A program made the position numbers and the translations under genes. Under the pieces are notes generated by a model. It worked only from the letters and a program-made list of their open reading frames with translations, was not told the DNA's origin and did not search any database. A stretch of 63,890 nt of DNA, filler included, from Octopus bimaculoides (lineage: Eukaryota), in assembly GCF_001194135.2 (NCBI RefSeq). It is 9 parts of 7 records of this genome, joined end to end, with 100 filler letters (N's around TTAATTAATTAA, not from the genome) between each part and the next. Parts side by side here need not be neighbours in the genome. Positions count along the whole stretch, not along the records: positions 9,399 to 33,329 come from NC_068982.1; 8 more parts are not named here. One strand, written 5' to 3'. Positions 11,968 to 24,656 of this stretch are shown here, one piece after another. The stretch's first letter is position 1, and every line of letters starts with the position of its first letter.

Positions 11968-12845
11968 CAAGATCTGATCAAGAAGTATCCGGATTGTTGT
12001 CATAATAACGACACTAAAGCACGCAGCGTAAAGTCGCTTGCCACAAATTGACCTTGAACTCTGCTGTGCATGTGCACTAAGTTTTAACATCCTAGCTCAC
12101 TTCCACTGTTTACAACCATGCTTGTAAGAAAGGTGTGTAGCGTGTGATCGTCGCATTGACCATGACAGAGAAAGTTGTCATGGCGATACCTGCTCAGAGG
12201 CCTATGCAAAGGTGCAGAAAGTGTATGGAGAGGAGTGTATGAGCCGCACACAAGTGTACGAGTGGTTCAGACGTTTCCAAGATAATCGAAAAAATGTCGA
12301 TATTGACGAGCGTTCTGCGAGACTCAAAACTAGCAGAACTGAGAAAAACATCGCAGATATGCGTGCAGCTGTGAAGAGAAATCGGTGAATCACCATCCGT
12401 GAGTTATCAGAGAATGTGCAGATTAGTTACGGTTCAGTTCAGTCCATTATCACTGAAAATTTGGGTATGAGACACGTGTCTGCCAAGTTTGTGCCAAAAC
12501 TGCTTTCATCTGACCAAAAAGACACTCGGGTTTCAGTTGATTGTTTTCAAGAACTATGAAAACTTTTTGGAAACTTTGCGTTGGTTTCTGGGCAGGTATC
12601 GCCAACCTTCCGGAGAAATTTGATGCAGATTCTCTGCTCAACTCTCTCTGTTAGGGCCAATGTGACGATCACACGCTACACACGTTCCTTCCAAGTACTG
12701 CTGTAAACAGCGGAAGAGCTAGACCGTTAAAACGTAGTGCGTATGCACAACAGAAACGAGGTCAATCTGTGCCAAGCGGCTTTACTCTCATTGCTTTAGC
12801 GTCGTTACTATGGCAACAGTCCGGATACTTATTGATCATACCACG
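11968..12845 (+). mobile_element. Non-autonomous mariner derivative made of two inverted 5' ends (arms about 250-280 bp)
   Basis: Left: TIR, 5' UTR and transposase N-terminus from ATG 12162 (MTEKV..GDTCSEAYAKVQKVYGEECMSRTQVYEWFRRF...ITIRELSE...GMRHVSAKFVPKLL). Right: 12562-12845 is the reverse complement of the same 5' end (reads EQRICIKFLRKVGDTCPE on the minus strand). Confidence 0.85.
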
Positions 12846-12861
12846 TGTATACACGCGCGCG

Positions 12862-12914
<53 letters not shown>

Positions 12915-13779
12915 ATATATATATAAGTAGGTAGGTAGATAAACAGAAAGAGAAATAGAGTGAGTAAGAGGCGAAAGAGAACGAGAGTCATTCGACATGC
13001 AATGCGGAACGAGGAATTTATTGCGAAATAACCATTAGGAAATAACTGCTGAGTTTTATAAAGTATGATTATGGTGCTGGTATGAGGATTTAGGGAGCAT
13101 TGATTTGGTGTAGAATCATAAGGCCGTGTGAGACATTTCCAATTAAGCATATTTTCCTGTCTTCTGTAACACAGGTGCGGTTACTTCTGAGCGGAGAATG
13201 AATGTCGAGATATTGTCAAGATATTTTTTTACTGGCAAGGCAAATGCTTCAGGTCAATGAATATTTCATCTTTAAAAGCAGAAACAACAACAACAACTGC
13301 CACAACAACAACAACGAAACAAAACAAAAATGTCGAACAAAAACAGTATACTAATCAGTATACACACTCGACTATCTAAATATTTCACTCAAACATGAAA
13401 GATTCAAAAGAGGCTTAAGGAAGCTGGAAATCATCCATGTATCTCAAGACATGTAATTTCGCTAAGATGTCAGCATACAATGAAACAAACAATTCTTTAC
13501 ATTTACACTTGGTTTCACAAAGAGAGAACGCCAATAATGTTGCAAACAACTTAAGAGTCAATATTTGAATATTACCAAACTTAAAGACAATATGGTTTCG
13601 GCAGTAAATAATTACATACATACATAAACATTCTTACACCCATTACACACAAATTCACATATATTCATATATATGCATATTCATATCTACATATAATGTA
13701 CACACACACACACACACACACACTCACACACACACATATATATATATATACATATATATATATATGTATGTATGTATGT

Positions 13780-13879
<100 letters not shown>

Positions 13880-14689
13880 TATATAAATCATACATACCCG
13901 CATATATATTTACGGAAACATATACATAGCTACACATGCAATGTTTACATGGTATACAACCTTATGTATTTACATGTGCGCATACACTTGCTTGTTCACA
14001 CACATTTACGCACACGAACAAACGCGCTCACACGCACACGCACACAAACCTACGCACGCACGCACGCACGCACACGCACACACACACGCACACACGCACA
14101 CACATACAACACACTTATATATTTCTCTATTTGTGCTCGTGTGTGTATGCATGATGTATGTATGAAGATATGCATGTACAGGTACTTCTGTGTTTGTGTA
14201 TGTGTAAACATAAATTTTCTCATGTATGCATATACATACGCACAGACAAACATTTAGGCACACACAAAAAGACACACACACATATACATACATATATTCT
14301 TACAAGACTGTTCGTTTAAATACATGCTTTTTATGCAAATAAATGTACACAGGTTTTAGATTATATCTTCAAATATCAGACTTCTATCAAGTTTTCACGG
14401 CAACATACTTCCCAAAACACCAGTTTTATTTACTTTTGAAGCGAAAACGAATAAATCAATCAATAACTAAACAAAACACTACAAAACATAATATAGTGAG
14501 TAAATAGGCATAACAAGAAGGGAAAATCTGGGCTTTAAACATTTACATGTCAAGATTTCTTTACAAATCTATATAAATTATAATGTACTCCAGCATGGTC
14601 ACAGCTAAAAGTTTAAATCAGTAGAATAGAAGAAAACTGTGTACACTTACAACTACATACATACATACATACGTACATACATACATACA

Positions 14690-14725
<36 letters not shown>

Positions 14726-15001
14726 TATATATACATACATATAATTTCCGAGTATTATATTTCCGAATTTTAACTTTACGTATAGGTCGAAAGTGGACGT
14801 TATGTAAATGGCGCTAGCCTGCGTAGGCTGTCACATAGTCGCCGAATTGTCGAGGTTGTTACCTCTGGAATCTCTGATTGTGATGGTGGTAGTCTTGGTG
14901 TAACCCTTGTGAAGAATAAAGTTTAAAATGTTTGGATACCATGTAACAGACAAAAGTGGATACCACAATGCAGACAACGTAGAATTTGTTACTTATTTTA
15001 T

Positions 15002-15234
15002 ACTCTCTTTTACTGTTTTACTTGTTTCAGTCATTTTGACTGTGGCCATCCTGGAGCACCGCCTTTTAGTCGAGAAAATCGACCCCAGAACTTATTCTTT
15101 GTAAGACTAGTACTTATTAATTATTCTATCGGTCTCTTTTGCCGAACCGCTAGGTTACGGGGACGTAAACACACCAGCATCGGTTGTCAAACGATGTTGG
15201 GGGGGACAAACACAGACACACAAACACACAGAGA

Positions 15235-15272
<38 letters not shown>

Positions 15273-15440
15273 TATACGACGGGCTTCTTTCAGTTTCCGT
15301 CTACCAAATCCATTCACAAGGCTTTGGTCGGCCCGAGGCTATAGTAGAAGACACTTGCCCAAGGTGCCACGCAGTGGGACTGAACTCCGAACCATGTGGT
15401 TGGTAAGCAAGCTACTTACCACACAGCCACTCCTACGCCT
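15002..15440 (-). mobile_element. SINE F1, best-preserved full-length copy
   Basis: Minus strand reads aggcgtaggagtggctgtgtggtaag (A-box-like tggctgtgtgg), gagttcagtccc (B-box-like), ggcaccttgggcaagtgtc core, a 72-bp spacer, then tail gactgaaacaagtaaaac. Possible 6-bp TSD TTTTAT (14996-15001 and 15441-15446). Confidence 0.9.
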
Positions 15441-15752
15441 TTTTATCGTCATATTGTCTCAATACGTACATTGTTTTCAAATAAATAGGAGTTAAAACAT
15501 TTCCTGCTGTCTCTGTTGATGTCATCCAGATAAGGTAATAAGGACTTAATTCTGTAACATATCCCTCCCCTTAAATATTTTATTTTTTATGTACTATAGG
15601 ACATAATCAGAAACTACAAACAGATCCTTTTCAGAATAAGAATTCTTGACATATTTCGTTTTTGGATTTGGTTTGCAAGATTCTTTATATGAGTCCGTGT
15701 GTTGAAGCATATTCCGCTGTGTCTGGGTAGAGTCTCTTTTGGTACCCTATAA

Positions 15753-16118
15753 TTTAACACACTCACCAATGATAACTGCATGGCATGTAGGATTAGCACT
15801 GGCATTAACTGTAGAACTCGAAATGTAGTTTACAGCATAAGATGCATAGAAGGTGCTTGTAAAGACATGAACATGACATACATAGGGAAGACATCTAGGA
15901 ACATTGCAGAACGACTAAATGAACATTTGAGGCAATATGACGACAAAAAACAGTCCTCCATATTCTACCAACATGCCAACAACCAGCATGGAAGCAACCT
16001 GGGTCAACTTGACATCCGCATCTTATCCAAGCACCTAAAGGACCCAACACTCAGACAAATATAGGAGTATGTCCTCATAAATGAAATTTCCCCAGTACTA
16101 AATAGGAAGTATACATAG
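15753..16118 (+). mobile_element. Penelope-like element remnant: GIY-YIG endonuclease domain
   Basis: Frame reads DNCMACRISTGINCRTRNVVYSIRCIEGAC...TYIGKTSRNIAERLNEH...FYQH...LRQI*EYVLINEISPVLNRK. This gives CxxC, VVY...YIG.T.R...R..EH and the terminal E..I....P.LN signature of PLE endonucleases. One internal stop. Confidence 0.85.
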
Positions 16119-17531
16119 TAGATATCATACCCCCATCCCCACAGTTTACAAAGGTAGAGTAGAATAGTTAGTGGGCTGTTATGTAGATAGATGTATGTAT
16201 GTGGGGTTGTATGTCTATATGTGTATATGTATATGCACATGTATGTAAGCATATAGATATGAAAGCAAACAGATCAACATATAGACGGATAGATACATAG
16301 GTTATATGAACAGACAAGCACACATAATCAAATGAAGACTGAAACACATGACCATATATACACACACACACACTTTACTTCACACAATGACACATATGGA
16401 GACATACGTCCACACATATGGAGGTGCACATCCATACATACAAACACGGTACATAGTTGCAAAACACACACGCGTACACACTCAGACATGCACACACAAG
16501 GAGACAGAGGTACACACACATACACACGCACATACATAAAAGCACGCACACACGAACATGCAAACATGAATATGCAGAATACATACATACAAATATACAC
16601 ACATAAATAGATACATATGCACNNNNNNNNNNCAGAATTCTTGACATAGACTTTTAGACAACCTTGGCCCTGTCTTTTTAGCCATAAACAGGTGCTTTAT
16701 TGCAAAGCAGTACGGTAATGTTGATGTTTAGTTTCAGGTCAGCCAAGACTGAGCTGAACTACGATCAAAGTGCTTAAACGGAGATTTTCGTTTTGATAAA
16801 GACTAATGTTAAAAGTATAATGTATACCTTTTTTAAAATGCATAATATATTCCTGGACACATATGTTTCTTTCCATTTTCGAGACAGCAGGGTATGGTTT
16901 CGGGGAGGCGACTATGTTGAAATCCTCTCTTTGGCTCGGTATTGCTCTGGAGTAATGTATAATTAATAGAAAAGAATTTTCGTTATATTGTAATGCTAAT
17001 TTAAAATCCTGCTATGGCTAAATCCCATGATCTTTTAAAAAGCCCTATTTAGGAGTAAAGACGTTTTTGTTTCACAACTCAATACGTACGATCACTGAGA
17101 TAAAGCTTTAAGATGCAAATTCATTTTAGTAACTACATTATTGGTTATTAAGAAGACGAGGAAGAAACTACAACTTGTATATTGTATCTTCTGCTATTTA
17201 AAACAGAGTAGCGCAAAAGGAGGATTCCTCAACCAGCATGGACTCTACGACGGTGAAACTTAATTCAAATGTTGTCAAAAGTGTTGAATATATGAGATAG
17301 ATTCGGAAGAACAGAATTAATTATGATTCTTCTATTCTTATAATATTTTACGTGTTTCTGGGATACCATTTTCAGGAGAATTTAGCCGAGTATTTAATCA
17401 GGAGTATTTAATCCAGTACTTATTTTATCAATCACTTTTTATCGAAGGAACCAACAGACGTTAATATCTAGAACCAAGAGACGTTAATCACTAATTTTGA
17501 AATTTTGAACCGTTCACCAATTTACGTACAT

Positions 17532-17602
<71 letters not shown>

Positions 17603-18075
17603 NNNNNNNNNNNNNNNNNNNNNNNNNNNNNNNNNNNNNNNNNNNNNNNNNNNNNNNNNNNNNNNNNNNNNNNNNNNNNNNNNNNNNNNNNNNNNNNNNN
17701 NNNNNNNNNNNNNNNNNNNNNNNNNNNNNNNNNNNNNNNNNNNNNNNNNNNNNNNNNNNNNNNNNNNNNNNNNNNNNNNNNNNNNNNNNNNNNNNNNNNN
17801 NNNNNNNNNNNNNNNNNNNNNNNNNNNNNNNNNNNNNNNNNNNNNNNNNNNNNNNNNNNNNNNNNNNNNNNNNNNNNNNNNNNNNNNNNNNNNNNNNNNN
17901 NNNNNNNNNNNNNNNNNNNNNNNNNNNNNNNNNNNNNNNNNNNNNNNNNNNNNNNNNNNNNNNNNNNNNNNNNNNNNNNNNNNNNNNNNNNNNNNNNNNN
18001 NNNNNNNNNNNNNNNNNNNNNNNNNNNNNNNNNNNNNNNNNNNNNNNNNNNNNNNNNNNNNNNNNNNNNNNNNNN

Positions 18076-18130
<55 letters not shown>

Positions 18131-19662
18131 ACACACACACAAGCACACACACACACACACACAACACACACCACGCGCACACACACACAACACACACACA
18201 CACACGCACGCAAGCATGCACACACGCACGAGGAGCTTCCAGATTTTATTCTCATGGATTAGTTAATTGTAGGTGAAGATATTTGTCAAATGCGCAATGC
18301 ATTGGAGGATGGAACGCAGAAGCAAGTGAAAACGAAACGAACTTCCTTCATGTTTGTACCTGATGCTCAGACATGTTAAAAATAGTATTGCTTGATGATA
18401 CAAAAGTGTAACATTTCCGCCCCTCACCGGCTCAGACGGATTGATGTCGTCACGGAGGTATGATAAAGAGAGAGACGTTACCAGTAACAGATATGACACT
18501 AGTTGAATGTAGGCTAAATTGCTCCGATAACTTATTTATCCTATTAAATCTTTTATTCATTCCAATCGCTGGACTGCAGCAATACTATGGTATCGCATTC
18601 AAGGATTCTTTACAGTCGATCACAACGATTCTAGTATTATTTTAAGTCAGCTACTAATTCCTTCGTTTCTTTTTCTGATGGACATCTGAGTAACAAAGTC
18701 GCAAACTACCTACGCTGGTCTTTAAGTGGTGAGAGACAAATACAAACACGAACGGACAGACATGTATATATATATATATATATATATNNNNNNNNNNNNN
18801 NNNNNNNNNNNNNNNNNNNNNNNNNNNNNNNNNNNNNNNNNNNNNNNNNNNNNNNNNNNNNNNNNNNNNNNNNNNNNNNNNNNNNNNNNNNNNNNNNNNN
18901 NNNNNNNNNNNNNNNNNNNNNNNNNNNNNNNNNNNNNNNNNNNNNNNNNNNNNNNNNNNNNNNNNNNNNNNNNNNNNNNNNNNNNNNNNNNNNNNNNNNN
19001 NNNNNNNNNNNNNNNNNNNNNNNNNNNNNNNNNNNNNNNNNNNNNNNNNNNNNNNNNNNNNNNNNNNNNNNNNNNNNNNNNNNNNNNNNNNNNNNNNNNN
19101 NNNNNNNNNNNNNNNNNNNNNNNNNNNNNNNNNNNNNNNNNNNNNNNNNNNNNNNNNNNNNNNNNNNNNNNNNNNNNNNNNNNNNNNNNNNNNNNNNNNN
19201 NNNNNNNNNNNNNNNNNNNNNNNNNNNNNNNNNNNNNNNNNNNNNNNNNNNNNNNNNNNNNNNNNNNNNNNNNNNNNNNNNNNNNNNNNNNNNNNNNNNN
19301 NNNNNNNNNNNNNNNNNNNNNNNNNNNNNNNNNNNNNNNNNNNNNNNNNNNNNNNNNNNNNNNNNNNNNNNNNNNNNNNNNNNNNNNNNNNNNNNNNNNN
19401 NNNNNNNNNNNNNNNNNNNNNNNNNNNNNNNNNNNNNNNNNNNNNNNNNNNNNNNNNNNNNNNNNNNNNNNNNNNNNNNNNNNNNNNNNNNNNNNNNNNN
19501 NNNNNNNNNNNNNNNNNNNNNNNNNNNNNNNNNNNNNNNNNNNNNNNNNNNNNNNNNNNNNNNNNNNNNNNNNNNNNNNNNNNNNNNNNNNNNNNNNNNN
19601 NNNNNNNNNNNNNNNNNNNNNNNNNNNNNNNNNNNNNNNNNNNNNNNNNNNNNNNNNNNNNN

Positions 19663-19866
19663 GTCTCCCCGCCATTGCTTGACAACCGATGTTGGTGTGT
19701 CTACATTTTCGTAATTTAACGTTTCGGCAAAAGAAACCGATAGAATAAGTACCAGGCTTACAAAGAGTAAGTCCAGGGGTAGATTTCTTCGACTAAAAGG
19801 CGGTGCTCCAGCATGGCCACAGTCAAAATGACTGAAACAAGTAGAAGAATAAAAGAATAAAAGAAT
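19663..19866 (+). mobile_element. SINE F1 right arm emerging from an N gap
   Basis: gcttgacaaccgatgttggtg...ggcggtgctccagcatggccacagtcaaaatgactgaaacaagtagaagaataaaagaataaaagaat. Confidence 0.85.
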
Positions 19867-20314
19867 GTATGTATATATATACGTATATATATACGTATAT
19901 ATACGTATATATATACGTATATATACGCATATGTATTACACACACACGTACACACACACAATGTAACAACAGCACAAACGCTTATAGAGATACACGCACA
20001 CATGTTGACAAACAGATAGAGAGACAAACAGAAACAGATAGACAGGCACACAGATAGACAGGAACATATATAGGTGGACAGAAAGATAGATAAATAATTA
20101 TCTACACAGATCAGATAAATCGATGTATACATATTTATCTAAGGGTGTATATTTACATGTCTGTCGTAAAGAATGTTGGTAAATGAGAGTCATGTCATGT
20201 ATATCTAGAAATATAATTGTAAATATATGCGTGAAAAGCACGGATAACTATGAATGGATATAGTCATATATAATTATAAATAGACCCACAACCGCACGTA
20301 TCTCCTTTTGCCTT

Positions 20315-20509
20315 TTTTACCTTTCATTTGTTTCAGTCATGACGAAGAATTTTTAGTCGAATAAATCGACCCCAGTACTTATATTTTAAAAGCCTTGTAG
20401 TTATCAGCTTTTTTTGTCGAACCGCTAAGTTACGGGGATGTGAACACACTATCACCGGTTGTCAAGCGGTGGTAGGGAGGGAAACACACACACACACGCA
20501 CGCACACAC

Positions 20510-20547
<38 letters not shown>

Positions 20548-20672
20548 ACACACACACACATATATACGACGGGCTTTCCACCCACTAAAACCACTCACAA
20601 GGCTTTGGTTGGTCCGAGGCTATTGTAGAAGATACTTGCCCAAGTTGCCACGTAGTGAGACTGAACCCGGTA
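20315..20672 (-). mobile_element. SINE F1 with 86-bp (CA)n spacer
   Basis: Both arms recognisable on the minus strand. Head truncated at ctgaacccgg, which is locally duplicated (20661 and 20689). Confidence 0.8.
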
Positions 20673-20767
20673 CACGCACACACACACACTGAACCCGGTA
20701 CACACGCACACACACAAATATATGAGTATGTCTGTGCGTTTTATCTGTGTTTGTGTGTGTGTGTGTG

Positions 20768-20803
<36 letters not shown>

Positions 20804-20959
20804 TATGTGTGTATGTGTGTGTGTGTCTATGTGTGAGTGAAAGTGAGATTTGGGAAGATTGCAAATCCAGAGCATATGCTGGAATTAAATATAAATAAAA
20901 TGTATCTTTTCATGTGGACGTTACCGAGATGGTATCGATGTAAAAAAAAATGCGAGCGT

Positions 20960-21389
20960 GCTAGATTCTGAGATCATTCTGTACGAGATAACTGGAAACC
21001 ATGTTTCTGTAGAGAACAATTGCTCTCAGCTATCACCAGTATGACAGCCGAACAATATTAAACTAACTGGTAATTTAAATATAATTCAATGATACTACAC
21101 ATGACCACGTACTGCAATAGCTTGAGATTCAAGAGCCCACAGCTATTAAACTCCTTGCCAAAACATCTGAGAGATCTCCATGGAGTGGGATATTTTCAAG
21201 AAACAGCTTGACATCTTGCTATCCAAGATCCTATATAAACCAATATCATGGCAGAAAACTCAAAAGAGGGCAGCGGTATCGAACTCCCTCCTTCACCAAA
21301 AGTCAATCCCATAAAATTGGCCGATAAAAAGGTGATTACACTGGTGGTGCCCCAGTATGGCTGCAGCCTCAGTTTGAAACATATAAAAG
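20960..21389 (+). mobile_element. LINE 3' end (CR1/L2-group-like), copy 1
   Basis: From 21101: TTYCNSLRFKSPQLLNSLPKHLRDLHGV / DIFKKQLDILLSKI...QKRAAVSNSLLHQ, resembling the C-terminus of CR1/L2-type ORF2. 3' tail at 21343-21389. Clade call is from recalled motifs. Confidence 0.6.
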
Positions 21390-21539
21390 GATCGAAAATA
21401 GTCTGAATTGAACAACTGAGTAAATGGAAGACGTTGAAGGCACTGAGATTCTAATCCCTGGGGAGAAAACAAGGAAGATATGCAGTGACTTAAATACGAC
21501 AAATTTTGAAGGGCTAGCACCAAACTTCAGTAATAAGAA

Positions 21540-21890
21540 ACATACCACTCCCCAAACTATTCGTCACTAAATTGTCCCAAATATTACGTCCACATTTTGC
21601 AACAGCTTCGGGCTAAAAGGTCAGCAGGTTTTTAACATCTTACCAAAGAAATTGAAAAATTGAGATTTACTTCCTCGTGGAGTAGGAGTAAGGCTCAAGA
21701 AACGTTTGGATAATCTACCTACGATCCCAGATCAACTGACGCCACGATAAGAAATGCAACAATCGAGGGCAGTTAACATCAAGCTCCTGCATTCAAGAAA
21801 AACTAATAATAAAAGAAAGGTTGTAAAAGTAGTAACAGTTATACAGACTCCAGTATGTCGCACCCCCCGGGCTCGAACAACTACAGTACA
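21540..21890 (+). mobile_element. LINE 3' end (same family), copy 2, more degenerate
   Basis: STFCNSFGLKGQQVFNILPKKLKN* ...LKKRLDN...IPDQ, homologous to copy 1. Confidence 0.55.
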
Positions 21891-22153
21891 ATAATGTCTG
21901 CTTATGTAAGCATATTATTGTTTAGTACCCGGTCAAACGTGACCGACGAAATCTTCTGTGAAAGATTTCACATCTGAGACCACCGCATCTTTGTTTTATA
22001 TATTTTATGCTATGGACGACATTATCTAATGTGTCCTATTGAATTTAAAATGGCACATTTTCTAATAGGTTGAGTGACCACGTTTACGTTCCCTTTCTGC
22101 TATGTCTATTTGTGTGTAGGTTAAGTACATCACAGTGTGTTCATGTTTATACA

Positions 22154-22264
22154 CACGTGTGGAACCTTTGGGCATGTATTTTCTATTATAGCCTCAGGTC
22201 GAGCAAAACCTTGTGGGTGGATTTGGTAGACGGAAACCATTGTATGTGTGTGTATATATATATA

Positions 22265-22303
<39 letters not shown>

Positions 22304-22730
22304 GTATGGCTTAGTGGTTAGTGTGTTGCACTTACGATTGCGAGATTGCGGTTTCGATTCCCAGATCGGGTGTTGCATTGTGTTCTTGAGTAAAGCACTT
22401 CATTTCTCGCTGCTCTGCAATCATTTCATCATCTGACATGTGGCATGCGGTGTACTTGTACAGGTAATATCGACGATACACACATACATATATATATATT
22501 TGTGTGTGTGTGTGTGTGTGTGCGTGCGTGTGTGTGTTTGTCACCCATCACCGCTTGGCAACCAGTGTTGGAGCATTTACATCCCTGTAACTTAGCGATT
22601 CGGCAAAAGTTACCAATAGAATAACCACTAGGCTTTAAAAAGCAAAGTACTGGCATCGATACATTCAACTAGAAGTTTTTCAAGGCAGTGCCCCAGCTTG
22701 TTAGCAGTCCATGATTGAAACAACTAAAAG
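22154..22730 (+). mobile_element. SINE F1 interrupted by a nested tRNA-derived SINE (F3, 22303-22475)
   Basis: F1 left arm 22154-22238, (TA)n, F3 head tggcttagtggttag...ggtttcgattccc, (TA)/(GT)n, then F1 right arm 22535-22730. Confidence 0.8.
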
Positions 22731-23662
22731 GTAAGTAGAAGAAGATGAAAGGTATATATATATACATACATANNNNNNNNNNNNNNNNNNNNNNNNNNNN
22801 NNNNNNNNNNNNNNNNNNNNNNNNNNNNNNNNNNNNNNNNNNNNNNNNNNNNNNNNNNNNNNNNNNNNNNNNNNNNNNNNNNNNNNNNNNNNNNNNNNNN
22901 NNNNNNNNNNNNNNNNNNNNNNNNNNNNNNNNNNNNNNNNNNNNNNNNNNNNNNNNNNNNNNNNNNNNNNNNNNNNNNNNNNNNNNNNNNNNNNNNNNNN
23001 NNNNNNNNNNNNNNNNNNNNNNNNNNNNNNNNNNNNNNNNNNNNNNNNNNNNNNNNNNNNNNNNNNNNNNNNNNNNNNNNNNNNNNNNNNNNNNNNNNNN
23101 NNNNNNNNNNNNNNNNNNNNNNNNNNNNNNNNNNNNNNNNNNNNNNNNNNNNNNNNNNNNNNNNNNNNNNNNNNNNNNNNNNNNNNNNNNNNNNNNNNNN
23201 NNNNNNNNNNNNNNNNNNNNNNNNNNNNNNNNNNNNNNNNNNNNNNNNNNNNNNNNNNNNNNNNNNNNNNNNNNNNNNNNNNNNNNNNNNNNNNNNNNNN
23301 NNNNNNNNNNNNNNNNNNNNNNNNNNNNNNNNNNNNNNNNNNNNNNNNNNNNNNNNNNNNNNNNNNNNNNNNNNNNNNNNNNNNNNNNNNNNNNNNNNNN
23401 NNNNNNNNNNNNNNNNNNNNNNNNNNNNNNNNNNNNNNNNNNNNNNNNNNNNNNNNNNNNNNNNNNNNNNNNNNNNNNNNNNNNNNNNNNNNNNNNNNNN
23501 NNNNNNNNNNNNNNNNNNNNNNNNNNNNNNNNNNNNNNNNNNNNNNNNNNNNNNNNNNNNNNNNNNNNNNNNNNNNNNNNNNNNNNNNNNNNNNNNNNNN
23601 NNNNNNNNNNNNNNNNNNNNNNNNNNNNNNNNNNNNNNNNNNNNNNNNNNNNNNNNNNNNNN

Positions 23663-23773
23663 CTCATCATCTTCTTCGTTACCATCATCACCACTACCAC
23701 CACCATCACCAACACCATCTCGATTATCATCATCATCGTCGTCACCGTCGTCGTTGTCGCCGTCGTCATCGTC

Positions 23774-23810
<37 letters not shown>

Positions 23811-23824
23811 CCACCACCTTCGTC

Positions 23825-23855
<31 letters not shown>

Positions 23856-24046
23856 CGACGACGACCACCACCACCACCACCACCATCACCACCACCACCA
23901 ACACCACCACCACCATCAACAGCACCACCACTATCCTCATCATCTTCTTCGTTACCATCATCACCACTACCACCACCATCACCAACACCATCTCGATTAT
24001 CATCATCATCGTCGTCACCGTCGTCGTTGTCGCCGTCGTCATCGTC

Positions 24047-24083
<37 letters not shown>

Positions 24084-24230
24084 CTGCAATCACCATCACA
24101 ACAACAACTGTCACCATCGGCAACACTATTGCAATGGCTACCACTACAATTACTTCTACCAGCAAGTCCTCCACCACCACAGTATCAACAACAACAACAA
24201 CAATACCAATAGCAGCACCACCACAATAAC
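23663..24230. repeat. Compound trinucleotide tract (CAT/CAC/CGT/CAA) containing a perfect 148-bp duplication
   Basis: 23663-23810 is identical to 23936-24083 by eye. Confidence 0.9.
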
Positions 24231-24452
24231 AATTATCAATATTATTTCTAAAGCCACTACAAACACCACATAATCACTACATCAATCACAACTATTGCAT
24301 CAAGTGACACAACCACCACATTCAACGCCATTACTTTATGGCTATCACCAGAACTAGCGCTTTTTCGCGCCATGATCATCATTACCATAACACTAAAAAA
24401 GGTGCCACAGTGTCTACTAGGTGAGGGTAGTAGGATGCTTCGTAAGAAAGGT

Positions 24453-24643
24453 AGGCGGCGAACTGGCAGAATCGTTAGCACGTCAGGCAAAATGCTTGGC
24501 GGCATTTCGTCCGTTTTTACGTTCTGAGTTCAAATTCCGTCGAGTTCGACTTTGCCTTTCATCCTTTCACGTTCGACAAAATAAGTACCAGTTAAACTCC
24601 GGGGGCGATGTTGCTGGCCTTGTGTCAAGATATGAAAACAATA
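24453..24643 (+). mobile_element. SINE F2 with intact Pol III boxes
   Basis: A-box tggcagaatcg at 24464-24474 and B-box gagttcaaattcc at 24526-24538. Internal deletion near the 3' end. Confidence 0.85.
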
Positions 24644-24656
24644 TCAATAGTGAAAA

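Noticed and set aside
13153-13260. Acceptor-like ttttcctgtcttctgtaacacag|G
   Set aside because: The downstream frames are short and uninformative, and no other exons were found.
15639-16648. 15-bp match agaattcttgacata at 15639 and 16634 as a TSD of the Penelope remnant
   Set aside because: The second copy lies just after an N run and the interval includes unrelated microsatellite. It cannot be distinguished from chance or misassembly.
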